This document shows, in pieces, positions 1 through 12,899 of a stretch of DNA of 64,000 nt. Numbering within the stretch: the first letter of the stretch is position 1; each line of letters opens with the position of its first letter. Below the pieces are notes generated by a model, which had not been told where the DNA came from, searched no databases, and worked only from the letters and a program-made list of their open reading frames with translations. Source of the stretch: Mobula hypostoma (lineage: Eukaryota); assembly GCF_963921235.1 (NCBI RefSeq), contig NC_086097.1, forward strand, positions 174,718,001 through 174,782,000, in the 5' to 3' direction. Made by a program: the position numbers and the translations under genes.

Positions 1-264
1 GAGAATTCTCTCTTCCAGATGTTCAGTCATTAGGCATGTTCAAGCTGAGATCAACAATTTTTGCAAAATAAAGAAGGGAAATGGAGGAAACAGGTGGAAA
101 ATGAAGTAAAGACATAGAATTGGTCAGGATGTTGAGTCTGGTTAAGGGCCAAAGGACTTACTTTCTGCTGCTCCTTAATTCCAGTACAAAGATTCACCTG
201 GTACCATTCTTGTTGCGTACCTAGCACCTTTCCTTTGCCAAGTACCTTTGCTATTTCCTTCTTC

Positions 265-992
265 ATAGTCATAGAGAGATAAAGTACTGAAACAGGTCCT
301 TCAACCCACTAAGTCTGTGCCAACCATTAATTACACACTTACATTCATCTGAAATTAATCAAATCCCATTTTATTCTTCCCACATTCTCATCAACTGCCT
401 CCAGAGTCTACCATCCATCCACACACTGGGAACAATCTGCAGTGGTCAATCGGGCTAGATAGAGTCTCTGTGCAGAGGATGTTTCCTATAGTGGGTGAGT
501 CCAGAACCAAAGGGCACAGGCTCAGAATAGAGGGATGTTCATTTAGAACAGAGATGAGGAGTAATTTCTTTAGCTAGAGGATGGTGAATCTGTGGAATTC
601 ATTGCCACAGACAGCTGTGGAGACCAGGTCATTAGGTATATTTAAAACGGAAGTTGAAAGGTTCTTGATTAATCAGGGCATCCAAGGTTAAGGGGAGAAG
701 CAGGAGAATGGGGTTGAGAGGGATAATCAGTCAGCATGGATGAACTGGGCGAGCAGACTCGACAGGCTGAATACCCTAATTCTGCTATTATATCCTATGG
801 TCTTATTGCCTTAACCTCCCGACCTGCACGGCTTTGGAATGTTGGGAGGAAACTGGAGCAGCCGAGAGTAAGCCACGGAAGTCACAGGGAGAGCGTGCAA
901 ATTTCACACAGGCAACACCGGAAGGCAGGATTGAACCTGGGGCTCTGGCGCTGTGCAACGGCAGATATACCAGATGCAGTACTGTACTGTGT
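265..992 (-). mobile_element. V-SINE/HE1-like tRNA-derived SINE, split by a CR1 3' fragment at 451-805
   Basis: On +, a CR1-like tail (265-450) is followed at 811-992 by a V-domain-like body (ggaggaaactggagc..cacagggagagcgtgcaaatttcacac) and a reversed B-box-like motif (ggattgaacctggg). Confidence 0.7.
451..805 (+). mobile_element. CR1 LINE 3' end fragment
   Basis: CR1 ORF2 C-terminal sequence (gggcacaggctcagaatagaggg..agggtggtgaatctgtggaattc-like) and a 3' tail ending tatcctatggtctta. Confidence 0.8.
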
Positions 993-1212
993 CTGTATTG
1001 GATACAAATGGTGAGAGAAAGACCATCCACAGTATAAATCCTTCCCACACGAGCAGACTGTCAGTGTAGGATACTGGTCTGTGTGCACTGGAATTAGAAT
1101 GGACAGAGAAGAATAGAAAGTAAAATCCCACAGAATAATTCCATCCCAGTGTCTGTATTCTGGAATTGTAAGTGTACTCTGTACTCTTGAATCATTACGG
1201 GTAGACAGATAT

Positions 1213-3305
1213 TGACCATGAGACCATAAGACATAGAATAAAGCCATTGAGTCTGCTCCACCATTCCACCATGGCTGATTTTTTTTTATCCCTCTCAACC
1301 TTATTTTTCCACCTTTTTCCTTTAACCTTTCAAGTAACCTTTGACACCCTTACTAATTAAAAACCTATCAACCTCTGCTTGAAATATACCCAATTGCCTC
1401 TGCAGCTGTCTGAGGCATTGAATTCCACAGACTCACCCCCCACTGACTAAAGAAATTCCTCCTCATCTCTGTTCACTCTCCCACTGTTGGAAACATCCTC
1501 CCCACACCCACTCTTATCTAGACCTTTCAACATTCAGTAGTTTTCAATGAGATCTCCTCTCATTCTTCTGAACTCCAAGGAGTATATGCCCAAAGTGAAA
1601 TACTTCATTTATTAACCCTTTCATTCCCAAGCTAATTCCCACGAAATTCTTCTGGACCCTCTCCAATACCAGCATATTTTTTTTTATAGATTTGGGGCCC
1701 AAAACTGCTCACAACACTGCAGCTGCAGTCTGACCAATGCCTTATAAAGACTTAGCATTACAACTTTGTTTTTATATTGTAGTCTTCTCAAAATAAATGC
1801 TAACACTGCATATGTCTTCCTTACCATCGACTCAAACTACAAGTTAACCTCTAGGGAATCCTGCATGAGGACTCCCAAGTCCCTTTGCACCTCTGATTTC
1901 TGAATTTTCTCCCCACTTAAAAAATAACCTGTGCCTTTATTCATTCTATCAAAGTGCATGACTATATATTTCCCTAAACTATATTCCATCTGTCACTTCT
2001 TTGTCAATTTCCCTAATCTAAGTCCCTCTGCAGACTTCCTGTTTCCTCAACACTACTTGCCCCTCCACCTATCTTCATATCATCCACAAACTTGACCACA
2101 AGGCCACCAATTCTATCATTCAAATCATTGACATATAATGTGAAAAGGAGCTGTCCTAATACCAACCCCTGCAAAGGCTACTAGTCACTGGCAGCTAACC
2201 AGAATAGACCCTCTTTATTTCCACTCTTTGCCTCCTGCCAGTCATCCAATCTTCTATTCACGCTAGCATCTTTCCTGTAATATCATGGGCTCTTAGCTCA
2301 TTTTGCAGCCTCGTAAGTGGCACCTTGTCAAAGGCCTCCTGAAAATCCAAGTAAACTACATCCACATTGTCTATCCTGTCTGTTATTTCTGCAAAGAATT
2401 CTAACAGATTTGTCAGGCAAATTTTCCCCTTAAGGAGAAAATGCTGACTTTGGAGTATTTTACCATGCACCTCCAAGTACTCCAAAACATCATCCTTAAT
2501 AATGGATTCCAACATCTTACAGACTACTGAAATCAGGCTAACTGGCCTATAATTTCCTGTCTTTTGCCTCCTTCCCTTTTTAAAAAGTGCAGTGATATTT
2601 GCAATTTTCCAGTCCTCTGGAACCATTCCAGAGATCCTTGAAAGATCATTACTAATGCCTTCACAATCTCTTCAGTTACTTCTTTCAAATGCTGGGCTGT
2701 AGTCCATCTGGTCCAGGTGACTTATCTACCTTCAGATCTTTCAGTTTCCCAAGAACTTTCTCCTTAATATAGCAACTACACTCAGTTCTGCCCCCTGATA
2801 CCCTGATACCCTTGAACTTCTGGCATACTGCAGGCATCTTCCACAGCAAAGACATAACACAGAATATTTATTGAGTTTGTTTGCCATTTCTTTGTCCCTA
2901 TTACTGCCTATCCAGCATCATCTTCCAGTGGTCCGATATGAACTTGTGCCTCTCTTTTACTCTTCATACATCTGAAAAAACATTTGGTATCCTCTTTTAT
3001 ACTCTGGCTCTCTTACCTTAATATTTCATGGTTTCTCTCCTTCTCATTTTTTAAAAGTTTCCAATCCTCTTGTTTCTCACTAATTTTATACTATATTGCT
3101 TTTATGCTGTCTTTGACTTCCCTTGTCAGCCAGGATGTCTTATCCTCCCTTTAGAATACCTATTCTTTGGGATGTATCCATCCTGAACCTTCCAAATTGC
3201 TCTTAGAAATTCCAGTTGTTGTGCTGTCATCTCTGCGAGTGTCTCCTTCCAAACAACTTAGGCTAGCTCCCCTCTCATGCCTCTGTAGTTGCCTTTATTC
3301 CATTG
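1213..3305 (-). mobile_element. CR1 LINE, 5'-truncated and decayed
   Basis: ORF 2258-2626 reads [48 protein letters not shown] (RT). The gaccataagac tail is at the left end. Confidence 0.9.
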
Positions 3306-5006
3306 TAGGAGTAAACAAGACTGCAGATACTGGAATCATAAGTGAAAACCAAACTGCTGGTGGAACAGCAGTCAGAATCGAACCTTAGTTTCTGGTGCTG
3401 CGCAGTAACAGCCTGACACATTCTGAAGCTGTGCTTCTCATTTCCTAGATCAGTTTCAAGATTGTCCACCCAGGTAAAGCCACAAAGTTGACAAGACATC
3501 TCTCAATTGCTTGATAATTACTGCCAATGATCAGTGGATGCTTCGAAGAGAAATGTAGCTGGCCATTTTTATCATCTGAACCAGTTTCTCTTGGACTTCC
3601 ACCTGCACAGCAGGGAATGCTTGGGGTTTCTACCACAGCTCTTATAATTTTGTTCTGTAATTTGAAGCTTTCAAGAAATTAAAACAGCATTCACAGAAAT
3701 GGACCATTCAGCTGAACCAATACACAAAGCTTCCTTTTCTCACCCCCCTCCCCTCCCCCCGAGTTAGACCATAAGACCACGATATAAGAGCAGAATTAGG
3801 CCATTTGGCCCATCGAGACTGTTCCGCCATTTCATCATGGCTGATCCAATTTTCCTCTCAGTCCCAATCCCTTTCCTTCTCCCTGTATCCCTCAATGCCC
3901 TGAACAATCAAGAATCTATCAACCTCTCCCTTAAATATACACACAGACTTGGCCTCCACAGCTGCTTGTGGCAAAGAATTCTACGGATTCACCTCATCTT
4001 CGTTCTAGAAGGACTCCCTTCCATTCTGAGGCTTGATATCTGATCTTAGATCTCTCCACATCCTCTTCACATCCACTCTATCAAGGCCTTTCAGCATTTA
4101 ATAGGTTTCAGTGAAGTCACCCCTCATACTTCTACATTGCAACGAATTCAGACCCAGAGCCATCAAATGCTCTTCATATGACAAGCCATCCAACCTGGAA
4201 TCATTTTCATGTACCTGCTTTGAACCCTCTCCACTTTCAGTACATCCTTTCTATGATAAGGGGCCCATAACTTATCACAATACTCCAAGTGAGGCCTCAC
4301 CGGTGCTTTATGAAGTCTTAACATTACATCCTTGCTTTTATATTTTAGTCCTCTTGAAATGAATGCTAACATTGCATTTGCCTTCCTCACTAGGGCCTCA
4401 ATCTGCAAATTAACGTTACGAGAATTCTGCACAAGGACTCCCAAGTAGTAATACACCTCAGTTTTTTGTCCCATTTTCTCCCATTTAGAAAATAGTCAAC
4501 CCTTTCATTTCCTGACACTGTATTCCATCTGCCATTTCTTTGCCTACTCTCCTAATCTGTCTGTCCTTCTGAAGCCTCTCTTCCTCCTACTATCCACTCC
4601 ACCTACCTTCATATCGTCTGCAAACTTTCCAACAAAGCCATCAATTCCATCATCCAAATCATTGACATAGATTGTAAAAAGAATCAGTCCCAACACTGAC
4701 TGCTGTGGAACACCACTAGTCACTGGGAGCCAGCCAGAAAAGGCTCCCTTTATCCCCACTCTTTGCCTCCTGCCGATCAGCCACAGCTTTATCCATGCTA
4801 GAATCTTTCCTGTAATACAAAAGACTCATACCTTGTTGAGCAGCCCCATGTGCGGCACCTTGTCAAAGGCCTTCTGAAAATCCAAGTTCACAACATCAAC
4901 AGATTCTCCTTTGTCTATCCTGCTTGTTATTTCTTAGAACCATAGAACATTACAGCACAGAAACAGGCCTTTTGGCCCTTCTTGGCTGTGCCGAACTATT
5001 TTATGC

Positions 5007-8000
5007 CTAGTCCCACTGACCTGCACCTGGACCATATCCTTCCATACACCTCCCATCCATGTATCTGTCCAATTTTTTCTTAAATGTTAAAAGTGAGCCC
5101 ACATTTACCACTTCATCTGGCAGTTCATTCCGCACTCCCACCACTCTCTGTGTGAAGAAGACCCCCCTAATATTCCCTTTAAACTTTTTCCCCTTCTCCC
5201 TTAACCCATGTCCTCTGGTTTTTTTCTCCCCTTGCCTCAGTGGAAAAAGCCTGCTTGCATTCACTCTATCTATACCCATCATAGTTTTATATACCTCTAT
5301 TAAATCTTTCCTCATTCTTCTACACTCCAGGGAATAAAGTCCTAACCTATTCAACCTTTCTCTGTAACTCATTTTCTCAAGTCCTGGCAACGTCCTTGTA
5401 AACCTTCTCTGCACTCTTTCAACCTTATTAATATCCTTCCTGTAATTTGGTGACCAAAACTGCACACAATACTCCAGATTCGGCCTCACCAATGCCTTAT
5501 ACAACCTCACCATAACATTCCAACTCTTATACTCAATACTTTAATTTATAAAGGCCAATGTACCAAAAGCTCTCTTTATGACCCTATCTACCTGTGACAC
5601 CACTTTTAGGGAATTTTGTATCTGTATTCCCAGATCCCTCTGTTCTACTGCACTCCTCAGTGCCCTACCATTTACCTTGTATGTTCTACCTTGGTTTGTC
5701 CTTCCAAAGTGCAATACCTCACAGTTGTCTGTATTAAACTCCATCTGCCATTTTTCAGCCCATTTTTCCAGCTGGTCCAAATCCCTCTGCAGGCTCTGAA
5801 AACCTTCTTCACTGTCCACTACACCTCCAATCTTTGTATATCAGCAAATTTGCTGATCCAGCTTACCACATTATCATCCAGATCATTGATATAGATGACA
5901 AATAACAATGTATACCTAGCGACTGAATCTTCCTAACTAACCTCCCATGCAGGACCTTGTCAAAGGCCTTACTGAAGTCCATGTAGACAACATCCACTGC
6001 CTTCCCTTCATCCACTTTCCTGGTAACCTCCTTGAAAAACTCTAGCAGATTTGTTAAACATGACCTACCACGTACATAGCCATGTTAACTCTCCCTAAAG
6101 TCCCTGTCTATCCAAATATTTGTAGATCCTATCTCTTAGTACTCCTTCCCATAATTTACCAGCCTATAATTTCCCGGATTACTTTTTGAGCCTTTTTTAA
6201 ACAACAGAACTACATGAGCTATCCTCCAACCCTCCAGCATCTCACCCGTAGGTACCAACATTTTAAATATATCTGCCAAGGGCCCCTGCAATTTCAACAC
6301 AGTCTCCTTCAAGGTCCGAGGGAATACCCTGTCAGGTCCTGGGGATTTATCTACTTTGATTTGCCTCAAGATAGCAAAGACCTCCTCCTCTTCAATTTGT
6401 ATAGGTTCCATGACCTCACTAGTTGTTTGTCTTATTTCCATCGACTCAATGCCAATTTCCTTAGTAAATACAGACGCAAACAAAACATTTAAGATCGCCC
6501 CCATTTCTTTTGGTTCCATACATAGCTGAACACTCTGATCTTTAACAGGACCAATTTTATCCCTTACTAACCTTTTGCTCTTAATATACGTGTAGAAGCT
6601 CTTTGGATTATCCTTCACCTTGACTGCCAAAGCAACCTCATGTCTTCTTTTAGCCCTCCTGATTTCTTTCTTAAGTTTTTTTTTGCACTTTTTATACTCC
6701 TCAAGCAAATTATTTGCTCCCTGTTTCCTATATATGTCATACATCTCTCATTTCTTCTTTATCAGAGTTCCAATGTCCCTTGAGAACCAAGGTTCCTTAT
6801 TCTTATTCATTTTGCCTTTAATCCTGACAGGAACTTACAAGCTCTGCACTCTAAAAATTTCTCCTTTGAAGGCTTCCCACTTACCAATCACATCTTTGCC
6901 AGAGAACAACCTGTCCCAATCCACACTTTTTAGATCCTTTCTCATTTCTTCAAATTTGGCCTTTTTCCAGTTTAGAACCTCAACCCGAAGACCAGATCTA
7001 TCTTTATCCATGATAAGGTTGAAACTAATGGTGTTATGATCATTGGAACCAAAGTGTTCCCCTACACACACTTCCATCACCTTTCCTAACTCATTTCCTA
7101 ATAGGAGATCTAATACTTTATACTTTATTGTCGCCAAACAATTGATACAAGAGTGTACAATCATCACAGCGATATTTGATTCTACTCTTCATGCTCCCTG
7201 GAGTACAAATCGATAGTAAATATTAAAAATTTAAATTATAAATCATAAATAGAAAATAGAAAAGGAAAAGTAAGGTAGTGCAAAAAAACTGAGAGGCAGG
7301 TCCGGATATTTGGAGGGTACGGCCCAGATCCAGGTCAGGATCTGTTCAGCAGTCTTATCACAGTTGGAAAGAAGCTGTTCCCAAATCTAGCCGTACAAAT
7401 CTTCAAGCTCCTGAGCCTTCTCCCGGAGGGAAGAGGGACGAAAATTGCATCCTCTCTTGTTGGTACCTCTATATATTGATTTAGAAAACTTTCCTGAACA
7501 CATGTTACAAACTCTAACCCGTCTAGACCTTTAACAGTATGGGAATCCCAATCAATATGTTGAAAATTAAAATCCCCTACTATCACAACTTTATGTTTCC
7601 TGCAGTTGTCTGCTATCTCTCTGCAGATTTGCTCCTCCAATTCTCGCTGAGTATTGGGTGGTCTATAATACAACCCCATTATTGTGGTCATACCTTTCCT
7701 GTTTCTCAGCTCCACCCATATGGCCTCGGTAGACAAGCCCTCTAATCTGTCCTGCCTGAGCACTGCAGTAACATTTTCCCTGACTAGCAATGCCACCCCC
7801 TACCCTTCGTTCCTCTGTCTCTATCACGTCTGAAACATCGGAACTCTGGAACATTAAGCTGCCAGTCCTGCCCCTACTGCAGCCAAGTTTCACTAATTGC
7901 TATAATGTCGTAATTCTATGTGTCAATCCATGTCCTCAGCTCATCAGCCTTCCCCACAATACTCCTTGCATTGAAATAGACACACTTCAGAAGATTATTA
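5007..8000 (-). pseudogene. CR1 ORF2 remnant (APE endonuclease plus reverse transcriptase)
   Basis: YFNARSI, YYRPPN, VGDFN, GSNDHN, KSPGPD, GNYR and LEYCVQFWSP motifs spread over broken frames. About 125 bp is deleted near 5910 relative to the 27157-29270 copy. Confidence 0.9.
7115..7443 (-). mobile_element. Rex1/Babar 3' fragment inserted in the CR1 endonuclease region
   Basis: PLPSGRRLRSLKICTARFGNSFFPTVIRLLN C-terminus plus 3'UTR. CR1 sequence resumes at attgcatcc. Confidence 0.85.
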
Positions 8001-8179
8001 CCACCACACACAACCCTTCTGTTTGTGAGTTTGCATGAACTTTTAACATCATTTATTTTCACCCCCGCTCCACTACAGTATCTGCTCTGACACTCCGGTT
8101 CCCATCCTCCCTGCAAATCTAGTTTAAACCCTCCCCATAAGCACTAACAAACCTCCCTGAAAGGATATTGGTCCCCTTA

Positions 8180-9045
8180 TAGTTCAGGTGTAACCTGTCT
8201 CTCTTGTACAGGTCCAATCTGCACCAGAAGAGGTCCCAATGATCCTGAAATCTGAAACCCTGCCCCCTACACCAGTTCCTCAGCTATGAGTTCAGCCGTC
8301 AGAGCATCCTAATCTTACCCTCACTGGCACGTGGCACAGGCAGCAATCCTGAGATTACCACCCTCAAGGTCCTGCTTTTTAACGTTCTACCAAGCTCTCT
8401 ATACTCACTCTCCAGGACCTCCTCACTCTTTCTTCCTACGTCATTGGTACCGATGTGTACCATGACATCTGGCTGATCACCCTCCCATTTCAGAATGCTG
8501 TGCATGCAATCAGAGACATCCCTGACCCTGGCACCTGGGAGGCAACAAACCATCCGGGATTCTCTGTCACGACCACAGAACCTCCTTTCTGTACCTCTAA
8601 CTATTGGGTCCCCTATCACTACCGCTCTCCTCTTCTTCCACCCCCCCTTCGGCACTGCAGAACCAGACTCAGTACCAGAGATCCGGCTGCCATAGCTTGT
8701 CCCAGGTAGGTCATCCCCCCAACAGTATCCAAATCGGTATACTTGTTGTTGAGGGGAATGGCCACAGGGGGACCCTGCTCTGCCTGCCCTTGCCCCTTCC
8801 CTCGCCTGATGGTAACCCAGTTACCTGTGTGCTGCTCCTTTGGCGTAACTACTATCTATAAACACCTCATTCTCCCGAATGATCCGCAGGTCATCCAGCT
8901 CCTGCTCCAGTTCCCTAACGCGGTTTGTTAGGAGTTGCAGCTGGATGCACTTCTTGCAGGTGTCATTGTCAGGGACACCGGAGGTCTCCCTGAATTCCCA
9001 CATCCTGCAAGAGGAGCACTCCAACATCCTGCCTGGCATTCTCTC
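8180..9045 (-). pseudogene. CR1 ORF1 remnant (N-terminal zinc finger/coiled coil plus SGNH esterase-like domain)
   Basis: CSSCRMW..CKKC-LQLLTNRVRELEQELDDL (8821-9066) and VVIGDPIVRG..CLPGARV..HIGTNDVG (8299-8655). Confidence 0.85.
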
Positions 9046-12000
9046 TACTCTAAACAAACAAAACAAAACTTACCGGAACCTACCCTCGCCTCTGCCTGTT
9101 CACGCCGAAGCCTGTTGAGCCAAAGCCGTCCCATTCTGCTCCCTCTCACTCCGCTGCCCACTGTATATGGTAGTCTTTTTTAAAACCTTTGGCGCTCTAC
9201 GTCACGTGCCTCCGCAGTCTAGCCTCTTTTCCCCGAGCAGCGTTAAAAAAAAGTCTTCTCTCCGAAATTCCTTACTCCTTCACTCTCGGCCTCCTGCTCC
9301 GATCTTCAAAGGATTCCAACAGATTTGTCGGGCAAAGTTTCCTGTAGAGACAGTTTTCTCTTGAAGAGACTTTGCTGACTGCAGCCTATTTTATCATGTG
9401 TCTCCAAGTACCCTGAGACCTCATCCTCAATAATCGACTCCAACATCTTCCTAACCACTGAGGTCAGACTAACTGGCCTATAGTTTCCTTTCTTCTTCCT
9501 CTCTCTCTTCTTGAAGAGTCGAGTGGCATTTGTAATTTTCTACTTTTCCAGGAACATTCCAGAATCTAGTGATTCTTGAAAGATCATTACTAATGCCTCC
9601 ACAATTTCTTCAGCCACCTCTTTCAGTACTCTGGTGTGTACACTATCTGGCGCAGGTGAGTTATCTACCTTCAGACCCATCAGCTTCCCAAGAACCTTCT
9701 CTCTAGTTATGGTAACTTCACACATTTCATGCCCCCTGACAGCTAGAACTTCTACCATACTGCTAGTGTCTTCCACCATGAAGACTGATACAAGATACTT
9801 ATTCAGTTCACTTGCCATTTCATTGCCCATTACTACCTCTCCAGCATCATTTTCCAGCAGTGTGATATCCAGTCTCGCCTCTCTTTTACACTTTTGTATC
9901 TGAAGAAACTTTTGGTATTCTGTTTAATATTACTAGATAGCTTACTTTCATTTTCCACTTTTATATTTTATTGACTTGTTTAATTGCCTTATGTTGGTTT
10001 TTAAATCCTTTCCAATCCTCTAACTTCCCACTATTTGTTGCTGTATTATATCCCCTCTCCTTGGCTTCTATGTTGACTTCAACTTCTTTTGTTAGCCACG
10101 GATCTGTCATCTTTCCTTTAGATTCTTCCTCTTTGGTATATGTATATCCTGTGCCTTCTGAATTACTTCCAGAAATTCCAGGCATTGCTGCTCTACCACC
10201 ATCCCCGGCAGTGTTCTTTCCCTATCATTTCTGGCCAATTCCTCTCTCATGGCTCTGTAATTCTCTTTACTTCATTCTAATACTGATTCATCTGACTTTA
10301 GCTTCCCCTTCTCAAATTTCAGGGTGAATTGAATCATAATATGATTACTTGCCACAAAGGTCTTTAATCAATTCTGGTTCATTGCACAACACCCAATTCA
10401 GAATAGTTGATTCCCTATTATTCTCCCAAATAGAATAGTTGGGCTCAAATGCAAGCTGCTCTAAAAAGCCATCTCTTGGGCACTCTAAAAACTCTCTCTC
10501 CTGGAATCCAACACCAACCTGATTTTCCCAGTCTACCTTGGTATTGAAGTCCCCCATGACTATTGCCCTTTTGGATGCATTTTCTATCTCCCGCTGTAGT
10601 TTGTAGGCCACATCCTTACAACTGTTTTGGGATCTGTATACAATCCCATCAGGGTCTTTTTACCCTTGCAGTTCCTTAGCTCTATCCATAATAATTCAAC
10701 ACCTCTGACCCTATGTCACCTCTTTCTAATGACTTGATTTGATTTCATTTTTGTCCAACAAAGCAATGCCACCCCCTCTGCCTTCCTGCCTGTCCTTTTG
10801 ATACTACATGTACACTTGGACATTAAATCTATCAACGTTACATTTTGTTCCCTTCTCCCACTTTGAGCTGTTATTTACCTTCACCAATCACTATGGGAGC
10901 TTCTACAACATCTGAAGTTCTCAACTGGATTTCTTGATAACAGAGGGTAACATATTCTACTTGTTAGTGAGGCAAGGGGGAAAGAATACGGAACATCAAC
11001 TCAAAGTTGGAACCAGACTTTTCAGAAAACCCTCTCCAAGCAGCTGGCAATGGAAATTTACAACACCCTTCCACAAACAGGACAGATAGGAATGCTCCAA
11101 GAGCCAGTCTAGACTCGATGGGCCAAATCTTTTCCTTCTATGTTATAAGAAGATATGAAATATGAAGTATAATAATTACAATTAATTCTGGGTCAAGTGT
11201 CTATTTTAAATCCAAGAATCACATGTCATTAACCCATGGTATTAAAAGATATGAAGGAAAATTAACATGAGCTTAGGGCACGGAATAGCCATTAAGGTCC
11301 TATATTCCCTGATAAGTTGGATCACTTCAGCTCCTTGAATGGAAACAAGACACATTGACAGGAACTCCTGAGGGGTAACGGTAGGGTTGTGTAATGGAAT
11401 TTCCCTGTTTAGAGAAGAACAAAAGTAAATAGGAGCAGGAGTAGGCTTTCGGCCCCTCAGTCCTGCCCCCTTCATTCAATACGTTCAAGGCTGGTCTATT
11501 CCAAGCTTTATCTCCTCTTTGTGCTTTCTGTATCCCTCAATTCACCCAATGATCTGGCCTCCACACAACCTGGTGGAAAGAACTCCAGAAATCCCCCACC
11601 ATCTGTGAGCGGAAGTCCCTACAAACTTCAGCTTCAAATGACTATCCTCTGAAGTTGTACTATCATTTGATTTCTTTCTAACATTTTCACTATGGTATTG
11701 CAATTAAAATAAAGACCATTTTATAAACACTCACAGTAAGTCTTGAAGAAAAATTGTGTTACAGTTCTTGCCCAGTGTGCAGCTGTAACAGGTGTTAATG
11801 GTTTTTCCTTGATCAGGGCAGTGACAGGCAACACAAGATCACCACTGCAGTCATCTACAGATGGTCATCAAATGCATCCTTGACGGCACAACACACACCT
11901 TGAGGAAGAACATTTCAAAAGGAAGCTTTTACACCTTTGTACAATAAACGCATTTTCGTGTTATACCTGTCATGATGCAGCCTCTGCTCTCAATACTGAA

Positions 12001-12275
12001 TTCAACTATTTCAGGTATCAGAACTGGCCAACCTTGCTGTTAAGGTCATCCACCTGTTTTATTAATTTAGTCGTTCCCTCTCCACACACATTGCCTGACG
12101 TGAGGCTTTTCCAACATTCTTCCTAAGATTTCAGCTTCTCCTCGCTGACAATCAACACAGATGCACCGTAAGACATTGCTCCCATTAGGGAGGAGGTACA
12201 GGATCCTAAAGGCACATACTCAACATTTTAGGAACAGCTTCTTCCTGTCTGCCATCATCACAATCCTTGGCTTTG

Positions 12276-12470
12276 CCCTAACAGAGACAATCCCTTCATG
12301 TTATCCCTCTTCCCTCACCCTAACAGAGATATTCCTTTAGTCCTGTCCCTCTTCCTTCACCCTATCAGAGACATTTCCTTATCCCTACCCTACTTTTCTC
12401 ATCCTATCAAAGGCATTCCCTTATCCCTATCCCTTTCCCCTCACTCTATCAGAGACATTCCCTTAGTTTA
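12276..12470. repeat. About 42-bp minisatellite, about 5 diverged copies, inside a Penelope-like 3' region
   Basis: Units begin ccctaacagagac / ccctaacagagat / ccctatcagagac / tcctatcaaaggc / ctctatcagagac. Confidence 0.8.
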
Positions 12471-12899
12471 ACCTCACTCACCCTCTCTGCAAATTTAAAC
12501 AGGCTTTTTTCCACTTTCTTCATTCTGAACAATGGTCTGTGACCTGAAACATCCACTCTGATTTTCTCCCCATAGAAGCTATCTGGGCTGTTGTGTCTTC
12601 TGTACTTTCTGTTTTTATTTTGGATGTCCAGTATCTACAGTTTTTTGATTTTCAACTACAACTATTGACAGTCTTCAATGTTATTGTGATGCAAGGAAAT
12701 GCACCTAAAAAATAACATTTCTCTCTCACTGCAGATGCTGTGTTTTTCAGCACTCAGTAGTTATGACATGTGAAGGTCATTTGGACAGGTACATGTAGGG
12801 GTCACTGTTCTGGGTACGGGTACCTGTACCTCCTACCCAACAGAAATAATGGTAAAGAAATCTGATGGCAGAGGGGAAGAAGCTGTTTCTAAGATTCAT

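Larger units (their letters stand above)
4936..9302 (-). mobile_element. Near full-length CR1 LINE (5'UTR, ORF1, ORF2, tail), frameshifted
   Basis: Candidate TSD TCTT at 4932-4935 and 9303-9306. ORF1 has a zinc finger, coiled coil and esterase, and ORF2 has EN and RT segments from about 8000 to 5007. Confidence 0.92.
3767..10825 (-). mobile_element. CR1 LINE (parts 3767-4935 and 9303-10825) interrupted by a younger full-length CR1
   Basis: RT remnants (SGVPQQSVLG, KFADD) at 4544-4759 and EN remnants (IVMGDFN) at 10345-10611. The two parts rejoin as cttgttatttctt|caaaggattccaacag, matching the sister copy near 53095-53130. Confidence 0.88.

Noticed and set aside
3449..3473. Plus-strand micro-exon (ttcctag..gtaaag)
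   Set aside because: 25 nt, frame-shifting, with no homology or partner exons.
7335..7796. Novel endonuclease fusion gene
   Set aside because: Junction artefact of a Rex fragment inserted in CR1. ORF 22643-23107 is likewise a Rex/L1 junction.
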